This document shows, one piece after another, positions 23,618-36,879 of a stretch of 64,000 bases of DNA. The translations under genes were made by a program, and so were the position numbers. The notes below the pieces were generated by a model that did not search any database, was not told the origin of the DNA, and saw only the letters and a program-made list of their open reading frames with translations. The first letter of the stretch is position 1. Every line of letters begins with the position of its first letter. Origin of the DNA: Octopus sinensis (lineage: Eukaryota); contig NC_043005.1 in assembly GCF_006345805.1 (NCBI RefSeq), positions 95,480,001 to 95,544,000 on the forward strand, given 5' to 3'.

Positions 23618-24383
23618 TAGTTTGATTGCAGTGTCTGCAGACTTGCTAATTCAAGAAATACAGTTTCCTTTCCTTTTAACTTGAGCGTTATTTCAACGTC
23701 TAATGGACAACTAATTTCTTTCCTCTGAAGCACAAAACTGTGTTTGTAGCAAACATTTTACAAAGACAGTGAAAAGAAATGCTGCAACACTATTCTTTCA
23801 TATTATGAGTATATCATCAGCATCATTGTAAAATATATTTTGATCTTTAGGACTATCGCGCGCGAGCCCAAACTTACACACACACACGCGCGCGCCACAT
23901 TCGCACGCATGCACATATATATACGCCTGTATATATGTATTATACATGCCTGATGCCCATACAAATGATGATACACAATACATACATATATACGTGCAAG
24001 TATTTATATGCCTATACACACGCGCGCGCGCACAAACACATACATACATATATGTGTGTGTGTGTGTGTGTGTTTGTGTGTGTGTGTGCGTGTGTGTGAG
24101 TGTGTGTGTGTGTAGAAGGTTGAAAAGGAATACACGAGTTGATATGTATAAGGAAAATAAGTCAATGTAGAAAATGCTAAAATAATTTCTCATAAAAAAC
24201 ATTTTAGTACCGGTTTCAGTCATTGAGACTTTTTCAATGGAAAATAATTAAATTTGGGAAAAATTAAAAGAAAAGTTTTTTAAAAGAATATTTGCATAGT
24301 ATTCAAATACAAGGGGCCTTTTCCTTGTTTCTGTCTCTCTTTTTTACTCTTGTGGGTTCGAGGTCGTTGTGAATTCTTAGCAG

Positions 24384-24460
24384 AGAAGAAGAAGAAGAAG
24401 AAGAAGAAGAAGAAGAAGAAGAAGAAGAAGAAGAAGAAGAAGAAGAAGAAGAAGAAGAAG
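24384..24460. repeat. (AAG)n microsatellite
   Basis: Seen directly. Confidence 0.95.
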
Positions 24461-24639
24461 ATAACACCTTACGTGAGTGAAGACCTTCTTTAGCCTGGGG
24501 TGCCGGTGTTTCTCCTTTCCCTACCCACTGTCTTCAGTGCTTGACATATTTATAGAGAACCCATTTCTCGTCACCAGTCACTATTCGGTAAAAAAAAATT
24601 AAAAGGGTTGTTCGTGAGAAGTGACAGCAAAGAAGAGAA

Positions 24640-25135
24640 CGCATTCACTCTCTGCGTGCAATTGGACTCGGAAAGTCTGTGAGGAACCCACTGACCCAAC
24701 TTACTGACTTTCTGATGGCACGCAGGCGTCGATGAATGGTTGAGTGACAAAATCCAAGATTCTCTGCTAGTTCCTCAACAGTTACGATGGGGTTTTGTTC
24801 TACCAGGGTTTGCAGTACGTCCTGGTCGAGCTCTAAGATCTTCCGGGACGAGGTTTGTCTTCTAAGCTGCAGTTTCCCGCTCGGAATTTCTGGAACCATC
24901 GTTGACACTGGCTTACGTTTATTGTCCGATCCCCATATACGGCATTAATATTCCTCACACTTACTGTTGCACTGTTTCCTTTATTGAACTCATAATAGCT
25001 TTGAAAAAAATAACTGTTAAAATCGAACTGCACTCTTCAAAACTTCCACTAAGAATAAGGACAAGGTAAAATTACTACCGGCTTTTATAGCAAGTTGATG
25101 CAGGTAGTTGATCCTGTCCCCCTCCGACTTTTAGT
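24640..25135 (-). mobile_element. mariner transposase 5' fragment (HTH to WVPH motif), frameshifted
   Basis: YEFNKGNSATVSVRNINAVYG...QCQRWFQKFRAG..LEDKPRPGRS; LVEQNP..T.EELA; VSKLGQWVPHRL after a frameshift. Confidence 0.88.
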
Positions 25136-25705
25136 TCATGCAATTGAAAAATACGCATTATTTATGGGATGACCAGTACACACACACACATACATATCTA
25201 CATACGCACGTATACATGCATATATATACATACACACATCCATACATGCATACATACGTACATATTATGTATATATATATATATATATTTATGAATGTAT
25301 GTATACATATATTATGGGAATGAAATATAATTGCAAACAACCTTGTGGCTTATTTCTTGTTTATTTTTAGCAAAATAGATATAATTAATATTTATAGATA
25401 AGAAAGCACTGTTTGTGGAGGTAATCTTCCATCGAAATGAGTTTATGAAGGTGTTTTGAGTCTAAATTTAAACTATTTCATTTATGTCTAATATTTTTAT
25501 GCAAGCTAAGAACAACGCACCTACAGATTTCACAGTGTTATACATAAATCAACTAAAATTGTGTGTGTGTGTGTGTGTGTGTGTGTTATGTTGTTGTATA
25601 GTGATAGATAATTATACACACATATGTATATATATACATACATTACATACATATATATATAAATATATATACATATATACATACACACACACACAAACAC
25701 ACACA

Positions 25706-25743
<38 letters not shown>

Positions 25744-25863
25744 TATATATATATATATATAGTTAATCCAAACATGACAACACAAAGAGAAAACACAACA
25801 ACGCGAGGACGTGGAACAAATATAGTATTATTGGACGCTCAGGAAGGAAGGGAAGAAGGAGGG

Positions 25864-25896
25864 TTTTACGTTTCGAGCGGAGCTCTTCGTCAGAAA
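25864..25896 (-). ncRNA. Minimal hammerhead, canonical core
   Basis: Minus strand: UUU CUGACGA A GAGC-ucc-GCUC GAAA CG UA AAA. Confidence 0.75.
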
Positions 25897-26072
25897 TATA
25901 GGAAAAGGAAAGATCCAGAGAAGGGAAGACGGAGGGAAAAAATCACCAACCCAAATATATATATATATATATATATATGAATAGGGAGAATTCACGAAAA
26001 AACAAAAGACGAAGACAGGTGGTGTAGAAAACAAACAGATGTATTAGTATAACGCTCGGGAATTGAAAAGGT

Positions 26073-26108
26073 CTTTTACGTTTCGAGCCTACGCTCTTCC
26101 ACAGAAAG
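26073..26108 (-). ncRNA. Minimal hammerhead, A6U variant
   Basis: Minus strand: CUUU CUGUGGA A GAGC-guag-GCUC GAAA CG UA AAAG. Confidence 0.7.
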
Positions 26109-26205
26109 GAACACATAAAGAAACAAGGAGAGAAAAAATGTGTGTAGTGGCTACCGATCTCTCATGGCGACTATCATTATTTTTATATATATATATATAT
26201 ATATA

Positions 26206-26257
<52 letters not shown>

Positions 26258-26333
26258 ACATACATTTATATATATATATATGTGTGCATATATAATTGCT
26301 TGCTACTTAAAGAAAATTAACAACAACAACAAC

Positions 26334-26404
<71 letters not shown>

Positions 26405-26414
26405 CAATAATACC

Positions 26415-26885
26415 TATTTCTTTACTACCCACAAGGGGCTAAACACAGAGAGAACAAACAGGGACAGACAAACGGATTAAGTCGATTATATTGACCCCAG
26501 TGTGTAACTGGTCCTTAATTTATCAAACCCCGAAAGGATGAAAGGCAAAGTCGACCTCGGCGGAATTTGAACTCAGAACGTAGCGGCAGACAAAATACCT
26601 ATTTGAATTCAGAATTTAGAACCGGAAGAAATGCTGATAAGCATTTTATCCAGTGTGGTAACGTTTCTGCCAGCTTGCTGCCTTAAGAAAAATAATAATT
26701 CTTTTAAATTTTGGTACTAAGCCTGCAATTGTAAAGGGAGGGGGTTAATTAATTACACAGAGCCCAGCACTCAGCTGGTCCTTATGCTATCGAAAGGCAA
26801 AGTCATCTTTGGGCGGAATTTGAACTCAGAATGTAAAGAGTCGTAAGAAATACAGCTAAGCATTTTGTCCGACGCGCTAATGAAT
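26415..26885 (-). mobile_element. Two adjacent SINE family C copies
   Basis: aaaggcaaagtcgacctcggcggaatttgaactcagaacgt occurs twice; reverse complement of 60927-61150. Confidence 0.8.
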
Positions 26886-27489
26886 AAGAGATTGGGATAG
26901 AGTGGGGTAGGGTTTCATGAATACCAGTTATTGAGCTGTTAAATGTGCTAATAACAATTTGATACCAAATACATTTTAAAACTTTAAAAAAGTATTTTCA
27001 ATTTTTAAAATATATATATATGTAAATCTTACACAACGAATGCTCGATCACAAATAATGTAGGTATAATGATTGCATAGTAAGGAAATAAGTAAAACATA
27101 TTTAAAATCTAAAATAAATAAATAGAATAACTGTATAAAAAAGCATTTTTACATGAAAACCACTCAGGAAGTTACTGAAAGCGGATATATTCGTTCAAAA
27201 TGTTACTATCCTTAATGGCAGAAAGCGGTTTTACCACACATCTATGGATTTGAAAAAAAAACGACTTTCTTTATGTTGCGAGAAGCGGACACTTTTTACG
27301 AAAGACCATTTTTCAGATCTTCTTCACTTTTTCACATATTTCATGAAATATCTCCTTACAGACTAAGAATCAAATAATTTTATGAAAACTATACCTACAG
27401 GAGACACTCAAAATGTATTGCAGTTTTTTTTTGGGGGGGGGGGGTTTGTCCATTATCATCATCATTATAGAAATGACCATGAAATTTAA

Positions 27490-27621
27490 TTACTCAGTCA
27501 AAAGGTTAAAGTCGCCTCCACGAATATTTGAGTATTTTTCACTTTCTTCAGTGGATTCCTTTAAGAATTTTTCTGCGTCTCTTTGTTTCGCGGACAATAA
27601 GTTGTAGTGATCTTTGTATTT
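27490..27621 (-). pseudogene. Possible LINE apurinic-endonuclease remnant
   Basis: 43-aa open stretch KYKDHYNLL...EKYSNIRGGDFNLL; GGDFN resembles the APE motif; no other motifs recognised. Confidence 0.3.
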
Positions 27622-28087
27622 CTAAGTACGTGTGCTTGCATAACTTGTTGCGCAGAAAAGCATCGATTCTGCTGAGAATAAGAAAGAAGTGTTTTCATGA
27701 ATGATCGGGTTTTAAATAAAGACAACTTTACAATTGCTTTGTTGCCGTCGCCGTCTTTGTGGGGACAAATTGTTGGATCTTGGAGAATTAGTCACACTTG
27801 AAATAATTTATTCATCTCTAAAAGAAAAGGAGTTTGGACTAATTCAATATAGCTGTCAATTGCAAGACAGTCATTGATATGTTTATTCTCGAGACTATGT
27901 CATCGATTTTCTAGGAACGTCGTTTGTCCTGTTTACATTCTCTTTTATGCCCTGCCTAACTTTAAAGCGATCAAAATCTGCTTTATCATCAGAAATTAAA
28001 TAGTCAAATACAAAAGTAGGTCATCAGTTGAGTGACACAAGAGTGATAGGTTTCCCTGAAGTCCTTGCAAGAAGCAGATTCAAAGCG

Positions 28088-28684
28088 CGTAAATTTACTT
28101 GTGTGTAAGTCGCACTCGTGTATATGTTATCCATTTATTTAGTACTAGCAGTATCGCCCGACGTTGCTCGAGTTTGTTTCGACCCTTTAGAATTGGAATT
28201 TTTGAAAAGTAAAAATTTTGCATTATGTAGCTTATTATTCTCTTTAAGCGAGCATTTTTCTGGTTGAAACACACCGAAAAATGGCGACACACCGAAAAAT
28301 GGCGACACAGCAGTCAAAAATCGTAAAAACTAGGGATTTTCATAGAAAAAAAGTACCTTTTTGATGTAAATAATTTTTGGTGTTAACATGGTCTGATTTG
28401 AATTTTATATTCTACGGAAGGAAAAGCAAGCCTTCTTCTATCATACTCTCAATTTTGGTCAACTTGCACCGCAGGGTCTCGGAGGAGATAGTGTTAGTTG
28501 AAGGCTACCAAACCTGCCATACACAGACAACTTCAGTTTTATATAGAGAGATTAAATCTTAGAACTGTTTTCTCTTCATATTCAAATTTGATATCAGCTT
28601 TGATTCGTGTAGAAGTCGCACCACAATATTTTTCAGTTAAAATTAAGTACAAAATTGTGCGGCGTATACACGAGTAAATATGAA
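28088..28684. mobile_element. pogo/mariner-type MITE split by a nested insertion
   Basis: Ends tttacttgtgtgtaagtcgcac and gtgcggcgtatacacgagtaaata resemble the 47410-47519 TIRs. Confidence 0.5.
28144..28552 (+). mobile_element. Helitron/Helentron-type non-autonomous element
   Basis: 5' actagcagtatcgcccgacgttgctcg; 3' acagacaacttcagttttatatagagagat; no TIR or TSD; internal 18-bp tandem duplication. Confidence 0.55.
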
Positions 28685-30583
28685 AAATGTAAATTGATTT
28701 GGACGTTAGAGATATAAATTCTACTGTTCATAAACTATTTCGTAAAATTATTTCTTTAAGCACATGTAAAAATTGAGATAATTCCCAGCTCCATTGAATG
28801 TATAAGAGAAATAACATTAGATGGTAAATTAGATGAAAAAAATACTTCCACAAATTGAAACTAATTCATATTCATGGAAATTGATGCTGCTATCATCGAG
28901 GAATAACACAGTTATTATCTATCGTATAAATTAAACCGAGGCTATAAACAAATTAGTGAGTAAAAAAACTTTGGAAAAAAAATGTTGTTTTTTTTTAATC
29001 TATGCACTTTTAGGCCTTATTGGAGACTTATCTCCTTTAACGCTCTAGGTCGATGGAACCAGTTAATCACTGGAATTTATTGAACTGGCGTGTTTTTTAG
29101 CATTTAAGAATTATGAATCATTCTTTATGCTTCAAATTGCTAGCAGTTGTTTCATAAAGAACGTGCCAATGTCTTTGTTCGTAAACATTTTCAGTAAAGA
29201 AGTTTCATCACAGTTGTATATATATCAACTGTAAGACAAAATATTCATTATAACTGACTGCAGACCATACTTAGGCAAGCTGATCCTCATTAAATATGAT
29301 CTAGATAAATACGTATATTTTTTAGTACAACAACTTTGAAATATGATAAGAGATGAGGACTTCGAATAAAAATACAAAGGGACTCATATACTACTACTCC
29401 ATGAAGCTGATTGAGTCAATGACTTGTAACCTGTAACCCTGAAAAACTCATGTTCATAAGTGTATATTGGGAATGCACTGGAGAAAACAGCTGAGGATGT
29501 TGATGAGGAATGGCAACACAGCAACATTAACGACTACTTCGACACATTGCCGCGCTGAGTTCAACTTTTCCAGCTGGTGACTCTAAGAAAGAATTTCAGA
29601 TCCCAGATATCTTATAAAGATAGAAAACAATAGTGCTTATCACCCACTGATGGATACTTTGGATGATAAAAAAATAGTCGAGTAATTGACCCAATAAACA
29701 AAAGCTTAAATGTAACTTTTAGTTGGTAAGGATCGTAAATCTTCCTATGTCGTGTCATCATGTTCTAGCCATTTAATCACAGCTATTAACTTTAATTAGC
29801 GTACATCATAACATTGTAGAGGTGGGGGGAGAGAGTCAAAGATGGGTCCATTACGAAGTCGTACGATCTGCTAGAAATAAGCAAATCTTGAAATTAAAAA
29901 GAAAAAAAGGACACATTAGATAAAATAGTTATAGGTATTTATGCCCTGGGCACAAGACAGATACAAAGTCTTTGATCACAGACCTGCTCGATCTAAACTA
30001 ACTAAATAGCTACAAGCACCACAACAAAAAATATTCACTTACACAAAATCAGTTATAAACCTCATTGGTGTCCTATGGATCAGATCATGTATTGTGCTTA
30101 ATATGCTTCATGCTCTTAAACTGTTTTGAATTAGGTGTTCGACTAAGGACTGAGCATCCTTTTGCCTATCATATACAATGCTTGTCAAAATCATCAATTT
30201 AGAACGTTAAATGTATTAATTTATGTAAAATATACAGTAAAATACCGAATTAAATGTATAGCACACTTACATCTGTCACTCTACTCAACTGGGCGCTCGA
30301 CGTAGGAACTTGCTATCTTTTTGGCTATCATACATACAAGGTTAAACCACATTGTTCATTCAGAATATTATTTGTATTAATACAGTAAAATGCCAAACTA
30401 AATGTTTTGCAGTGTTTGGTTACATCCCTTTCAGTTCCGAGTTCCAATTATTTTATCTTCGGGAAGGTCGTTATTAAAAAAAAAAAAGGTTACCAATCAA
30501 GTTTGGTCCGATTAAATCAACAACTCCATCCAACCAAAATATGCGGCCTTGCGCTAAAGTTAGAGATCATTATTTATGTATAG

Positions 30584-30652
<69 letters not shown>

Positions 30653-31908
30653 GTACGTGTTTATTTTTTTATTCCAGGAGGTTAAAGTGGATTTCGTGAA
30701 TACAAAGATGGAGATTGTTCAATGATACAAGTGAACCACAATGAATAATTTATGTTGGTGAACGGAAATAAAACTACAAGAAAAAATATCGCATTTCATT
30801 TAAATGCCATAAATGATAAAGTTATTTAACAACAACAACAACAACAACAAAAACATCATTTTTAATTAACAATACATGATTTGTACACAATAACAACCCA
30901 AGTTATATATAATGGTATATCTATGTGAATAAAATAAATCAAGTATATATCAATACCTTTAATTAGAATAATGACGCCAACAAATTATTCATATAGAAGT
31001 TTTCTGTCACTTTTTTCCTGTCACTTATTCTTCTGTGACTTTTTTCTATGACTGGTTTCTTTTTTTTTTTTTCTGACTTTTCCTTTGTGATCATTTTCCC
31101 ACACCTCACCCCTGTGACTTATTTTCGTTCGAAAATATAAGGACACAGATAGTGTGTCGTATAGCCGACTGGAGACGCTGTTTACTGGGCTAAATAGCAG
31201 TAACATTCGTCCTAGCCAGGACTGCCACGTTAAAAAAAATCTTAATCTGTCTATCTATCTATCTATCTATATATATATATATTTACGAAATATTTGAGAT
31301 TTTAGACTTTAGAGTGGTACTTCATCAGACTTGCAGCTGAGGTACGTTTTCACACTATGCGTCTTCAAGACATTCCACACACGCACACACACCACACACA
31401 CACACACACACCACACACACACACATCAACAATTAATGAGTATAGCACTCTACTGTTTAGACTGAAGGGAAACACTAGAAATTTGCTTATTTGTGGCAAC
31501 CTTCAGTTTAGTTTCTACCAACGATTGAATAACTTCGCTCAGATATCCCACTCGACCAGAATAATTTGTTTGCTAAACGAAATACCATCCTAAAGTAATG
31601 CATACTTCATCGAATTAAATGTGGTTCTAATACGAGAGAATAACTCTGAAAACATGGTGCTGAAGATAGTGGGATCTCGTAAAGATAAGCACTCGTTTCA
31701 AACCATCTTCAATTCGGTGACGTTTGCAAATCTTATCAAAACTCAACCACCTTTAATTTATGCTGAGAACACATCGAAATTGCAAATTGAAATCTTTCGC
31801 TTGGAACTAAATATTAAAAATAATGCTACATTTTTGTTTTTATTTGCTGTAAGAGAGACCATTTTTGATTGTCCGGTGTGTCGAGATTTAAATTTCTTTA
31901 ACAAAGGC

Positions 31909-32078
31909 GTAGGAGTGGCTGTGTGGTAAGTAGCTTGCTTACGAACCACAGGGTTCCGGGTTCAGTCCCACTGCGTGGCACCTTGGGCAAGTGTCTTCTT
32001 CTATAGTCTCGGGCCGACCAAAGCCTTGTGAGTGGATTTGGTAGTCGGAAACTGAAAGAAGAACGTCGTATATATATG

Positions 32079-32139
<61 letters not shown>

Positions 32140-32359
32140 ATATGATTGTGTGTCTGTGTTTGTCCCCACCCCCAACATCGCTTGACAACCGATGCTGGTG
32201 TGTTTACGTACCCGTCACTTAGCGGTTCGGCAAAAAGACACCTATAAAATAAGTACTAGGCTCCAAAGAATAACTCCTGGGGTCGATTTGCTCGACTAAA
32301 GGCGGTGCTCCAGCATGGCCACAGTCATATGAGTGAAACAAGTAAAAGAGTAAAAGAGA
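31909..32359 (+). mobile_element. Full-length CORE-type SINE, family B (OR2-like)
   Basis: tRNA-like head, gcaccttgggcaagtgtctt core, internal (TA)n(TG)n, tail ccagcatggccacag...tgaaacaagtaaaagagtaaaagag. Confidence 0.88.
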
Positions 32360-33012
32360 ATCCTGTTTTAGAATGTCCCATTTAAAGTCCATTTCACGTC
32401 AGTCTCGCAGCGTTTCACAACTGACGCGTATGTCATAGGTTCACCATCACTGCTTTTAACTAGTCTTTCGGTTTCGCCCAAACTTGCACGTGTACGGTGG
32501 AAGTTGGTGGGGTGGGGGGGATTCCCATTCATCATCACCTTTCATATAGGTTTTTAGAGAACTTTGGTGGCGAGTAAGTTCATATTTGAACGCGGGCGAA
32601 ATATTGCGCATGAGCTGGGCGTTTTCTACGTTCTCTACGTCTAGCTCGCTTGGCTGAGTAGTTAGGGTGTTGCACTCATGATCGCAAGATTGTGGTTTCG
32701 ATTCCTGACAGCATTATTCATTGTGCCTTTCTCCGCATTTTAAGAGAGTAAGATTTGACTGCAGGACGAGCATGGGTGTACCCATGTCTTCTTGCAAATG
32801 ACTGCCATTGTTATTCATCTTGATTTTTCTGTCTATTAGGCTCGATTTTGCCTTTCATCTTTTGGGCTTTGACAGACCAGAATCAGTTAAATATTTGAAT
32901 CCATTAAATAATCTGAAAAGTTATTGTTATTATTATTATTGTCGTTGTTGTTTGTATTTACATTAAATATAGAACTGTTGTTTTTATTGTTGTTATTGTT
33001 GTTTTTACTTTT

Positions 33013-33111
33013 CATCCTTTCAGGGTCGATAAAATAAGTACCAGTTTACTACTGGAGACCGATGTAATCGACTTACTCCCTAAACTACTGGCCTTGTGCC
33101 AAAATTTGAAA

Positions 33112-33112
<1 letters not shown>
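33013..33112 (+). mobile_element. SINE family C 3' part
   Basis: ttttcatcctttcagggtcgataaaataagtaccag...ggccttgtgccaaaatttgaaa. Confidence 0.75.
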
Positions 33113-33169
<57 letters not shown>

Positions 33170-33170
33170 C
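33113..33170. repeat. (TTA)n microsatellite
   Basis: Seen directly. Confidence 0.95.
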
Positions 33171-33171
33171 A

Positions 33172-33850
33172 AACAACTGTGGTATTGAGCAGAATACTTA
33201 CTGTAGCCCATCTTTTATACCAAGACAAAACAATGTACATGATAACATTTCCAATCAGTTAAGATCAGAAGCCACTTTACCCGCACTTCCCATAGTCTCT
33301 GAAACTCAATGGCTAGATCCGGGTACTTTTCTATTTTCTCTATACTTCTCATATTGACTGTCTCATCATTTAAGACTGTAAAGTCAATTATCTGGCATTT
33401 TCTATTTTCTTTGTCTACTACGACTAAACCAGGCCTTCTGAATGTTAAAGTCCCGCAACATCTTATAGTCTTACTTTCTAGTACTTTACTAGTTTCATGT
33501 TCATACCATTTATCAGTATGATTAAACCCTAGCTTTCTACATAACCCGACTCCACTATCATAGGGAATTGCAAAACCTATGATCTTACACTATTTGTTTA
33601 TTTTGTCCTCAATGGTCATATCCGGTCTTCTTGCTTCAATAGTTTCAGTTTTTATGTGGAAATCTCACAAGATCTTGTCATTCTGATTTCATAGCCTCTG
33701 GTTCGTGTTCACACCACTTTTCTGTTGTTTTGAAGCCACACACTCGGTTTACATCCTAATGCACACTATTGCCTACAGTCATGTCTGCCTTTAATACTCC
33801 TTTTGTGCTAATATACTGCACTCACTCAAAAGAGGATTGATACTTTCCTA
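33172..33850 (-). mobile_element. R4/Dong-type non-LTR retrotransposon 3' remnant (restriction-like endonuclease), partly duplicated
   Basis: Minus strand: EKWCEHEPEA..DFHIKT..IEARRPDM; then LCRKLG..DKWYEHE..RRPGLVVVDKENRKCQIIDF..EKIEKYPDLAIEFQRLW. Confidence 0.8.
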
Positions 33851-35795
33851 CAGATTCTACATTTGCTGTTTAACTGAAATTTGTCGATCTTTGCCTTTGT
33901 CAGGTATGTTCTAGGGGCTAATACTGGGATTCTAACGAGTTAAGCAACAGCTGGACCCATTGTGCTTTCTTCGGTCAGCCCAGCTACTGACAAAAATAAG
34001 TTCTTTATGTGTCTTACCAAGGACTTGAACGGCTAGGTGCTTGCTGACATCATTAATCCTTAATGAAATACCGTTTTGGTGTTTACATTTCCGTCTGAAC
34101 ACAATGATTCAATTCCTAAGCAGTGAGTTGGTGTTTCGGATGCTACCAGTATTGCTGCTTCATACCTAGTAAATGGAGAGAAATGGAGTAGCTTCAAAGA
34201 TTATCTCCTTTCTGGTGGAAATATTGTTATATTTTTATAGAGGGAAGGAAACAACGTCCTTATCATTTTCGGGTACTCCAAGACGAAGAAATTATGCTCT
34301 GACTGGATCCCTGATCTGAAAGTTTGTAACAGAGCAAAGTCCTTCAATTCAGACCAGATTCAATAATAATAAATAAGCAAATGAAAATTATATGGTGATA
34401 ATTATCTAGTAGTCAAACAACTTGACTGTGGTATGCTGGGAAGTTCCTGCTGGTTGCATTCAATGTGGGACATCTGAGTGCTGATGATGACGAAAATGAA
34501 TTATGTTGGTAACTAAAGTTAACTTAAATTTCGAAGAATGACTATCGATTCAAGGATGGTAGATCACTTGTCTTTGATTTGTGATGTGTGATGTAAATAT
34601 GTGAAAATACGTGACAATCAAGGCGGTGCCCTAAAGTTAGTAGCCATTGATGCCATTACAAGTGCCATACCGAAAGGTCATTCTTCTTCAAGCGTATGCA
34701 AACGTGACATTTCACCTATTGATATTAGTAGAAGGATTGAAGTGGAACGGTGGACACCCGCTGGAATTGTGTAGAAGTAGAAATGGGTGGGGTGGGGTAA
34801 ACGCCTTTTTAAACCAGTTCACATAATTCCAACTGACAAGTGTCCGATATTTTATTATAAGGAACCGTGAAGTATGGATTAATTGAAATTTCATCCGTCG
34901 GAAGGAGAAGAATAAGCATTTGCTTAATGGTCAATTCTGGACAAGAAAGACAAGGGAGACAACTCTGGTATTTAATTAATTGAAAACTAAAAAAAAGAAA
35001 AGGAAACAAAATAGATTGTGAGGAACGTAGTGGGAGGGTGAGTGTGTTTTTCTTGTCCTGCAGTACGGAAATGATTCCTGTCATGTAACTACTACTGCTA
35101 CCAGATGTATAGAGATTTGGTGAATGAACGCTGAATGGTGGGGGAAATTTAAAAGAATAGTTGGAAGAACATACGTATAAACAGCTATTATTTAAAGATA
35201 TTCAAGTTGGCGCTAATAAACATATAGTGATCCAAGATATCTTAAAGAATTCAAATTACGACCATTGTGATGAGAGAGAGAAAAACATTAGCTCATTGAG
35301 TCATTCTGTCCAAGAAAAAGAAGGTTAGATGACTTTGAAATTTAAATTAATTTTTCAACAATCAATAAAATATTTGCACCAACTTACAACTTTACTAGTT
35401 GCTTTTTGTGCAGAAGAGGTCTCTAGATATTCCCTACACCCAACCGATTAACCGAATTCGACAATGAGGAGACCTGAACAAATCCTAACGAATCATCCAG
35501 GTTGTTTATTTTCATAGGCTATTCATTAAGTCAGTGTGTAATTATTATGTGTGGTGTTCACATTTTCAGAGAGTTAATCAACGGTTGCGATCTGTACTGT
35601 TAAATTATATCTGACTCCTAAACAGAGATCCGGTTACGAAAGCAGAACGTATCGCAAAGACGATAGTGATCAGATTACGAAGTTAATTAAAAGAAAGTTG
35701 ATAGAGGTCGCTATAATTAAAACAAATGGTGGGTGGAATTAAAATGGAAAATTACAAAAGAATTACAATAGAATTAGTTTTGGTAAAAGACTCTA

Positions 35796-35984
35796 CGAGT
35801 GTGTGCTGAAAAGTTCCTGGCTTTGGGATAAGTTAATTATGATTTTATTCAACATATTCCCTTCACACACTTATCGCAGCAATCCTTCAGTTTTTCTAAG
35901 CCTTGTAGAAGAACTCGGAAGGTTGGACCTCCAGCCAGGCCTTTCACGATACCCTTAAAGCAGGAACTTTTCAGCACCCCCCCG
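35796..35984. mobile_element. mariner-derived MITE
   Basis: TA|cgagtgtgtgctgaaaagttcctg ... caggaacttttcagcacccccccg|TA. Confidence 0.8.
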
Positions 35985-36879
35985 TAGGTTAAAGATAGAG
36001 TCTTCTAGGTAAGATACTACAGCCCGAGTCACGAGCGTAGCTACAGTGTGTGCCACTCGGGGCGGCCCTTCCGTTTTCCGCTACAGCAAACCCAAAAGTG
36101 CCACCCGGGGCGGACCACCCATTTCTCAGCTACGCTAATGGCCCGAGTGCTACAGCGAAGATGGCTCATGACGCTGTAAAGGTCTGTGTTGTTGTTCGTG
36201 AAAAGGTGTATGTGATAAGACATGAAGAATCCAATATTGTATGAGGGAAGTGTGTAGAAGAGATACGACGGACGGCAATGGCAGCATGCAGTCCATCTGC
36301 AAGCTGAGTGTGGGTATGTTCGTTTTTTTTTTTCTTCAGAGATATTTCCTTAATCTTTTTGTTGGGAGAAATGTGAAGCGGAAATGATAGCTCCAATATT
36401 CATGTGCTATACATGATCATGGTATCTAGGAAAATATAAACCTGCAAGATCTTAAAATTTGAGAGAGAAAGAGAAGACGAAAGGAGTGGAGAAGGTGATC
36501 GTTAAGAGATAAAATGAAAACTAGTAAAACGCGCAAAATATCATCATGGCGTTCCGATTGGATTGAAGAAAAGTTTAGCACACAACAGGTAAAACAAAGA
36601 ACAAGCGATGATAACCAGATGAATACAATACATACATACATACATACATACATACATACATACATACATACATAGACATGACAGAAGTAAATAGACACCC
36701 CTATAATCATAAAAAATTATTTAAATCTGAAATTGTACATTCAAATTATTTATTAATCATTATAATGAGAATATTTAATATTTAGTAGACCTGCCCTTTG
36801 TATTTTTCAATGCAAGGACCCTATTGGGCTTATTACTAATCAGATGACGAATATTCTCTTGGAGAATTTCTAGCTAAGT

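Noticed and set aside
32644-32710. tRNA-Met-like sequence with CAT in the loop
   Set aside because: Matches SINE heads whose anticodon region varies between copies; cloverleaf is incomplete
34480-34505. CTGATGA tgac GAAA as a hammerhead
   Set aside because: No stem II hairpin or stem III/UH; lies in a GAT-repeat context
36040-36400. GC-richer patch with short ORFs
   Set aside because: Possibly a retroelement remnant, but no motif could be recognised
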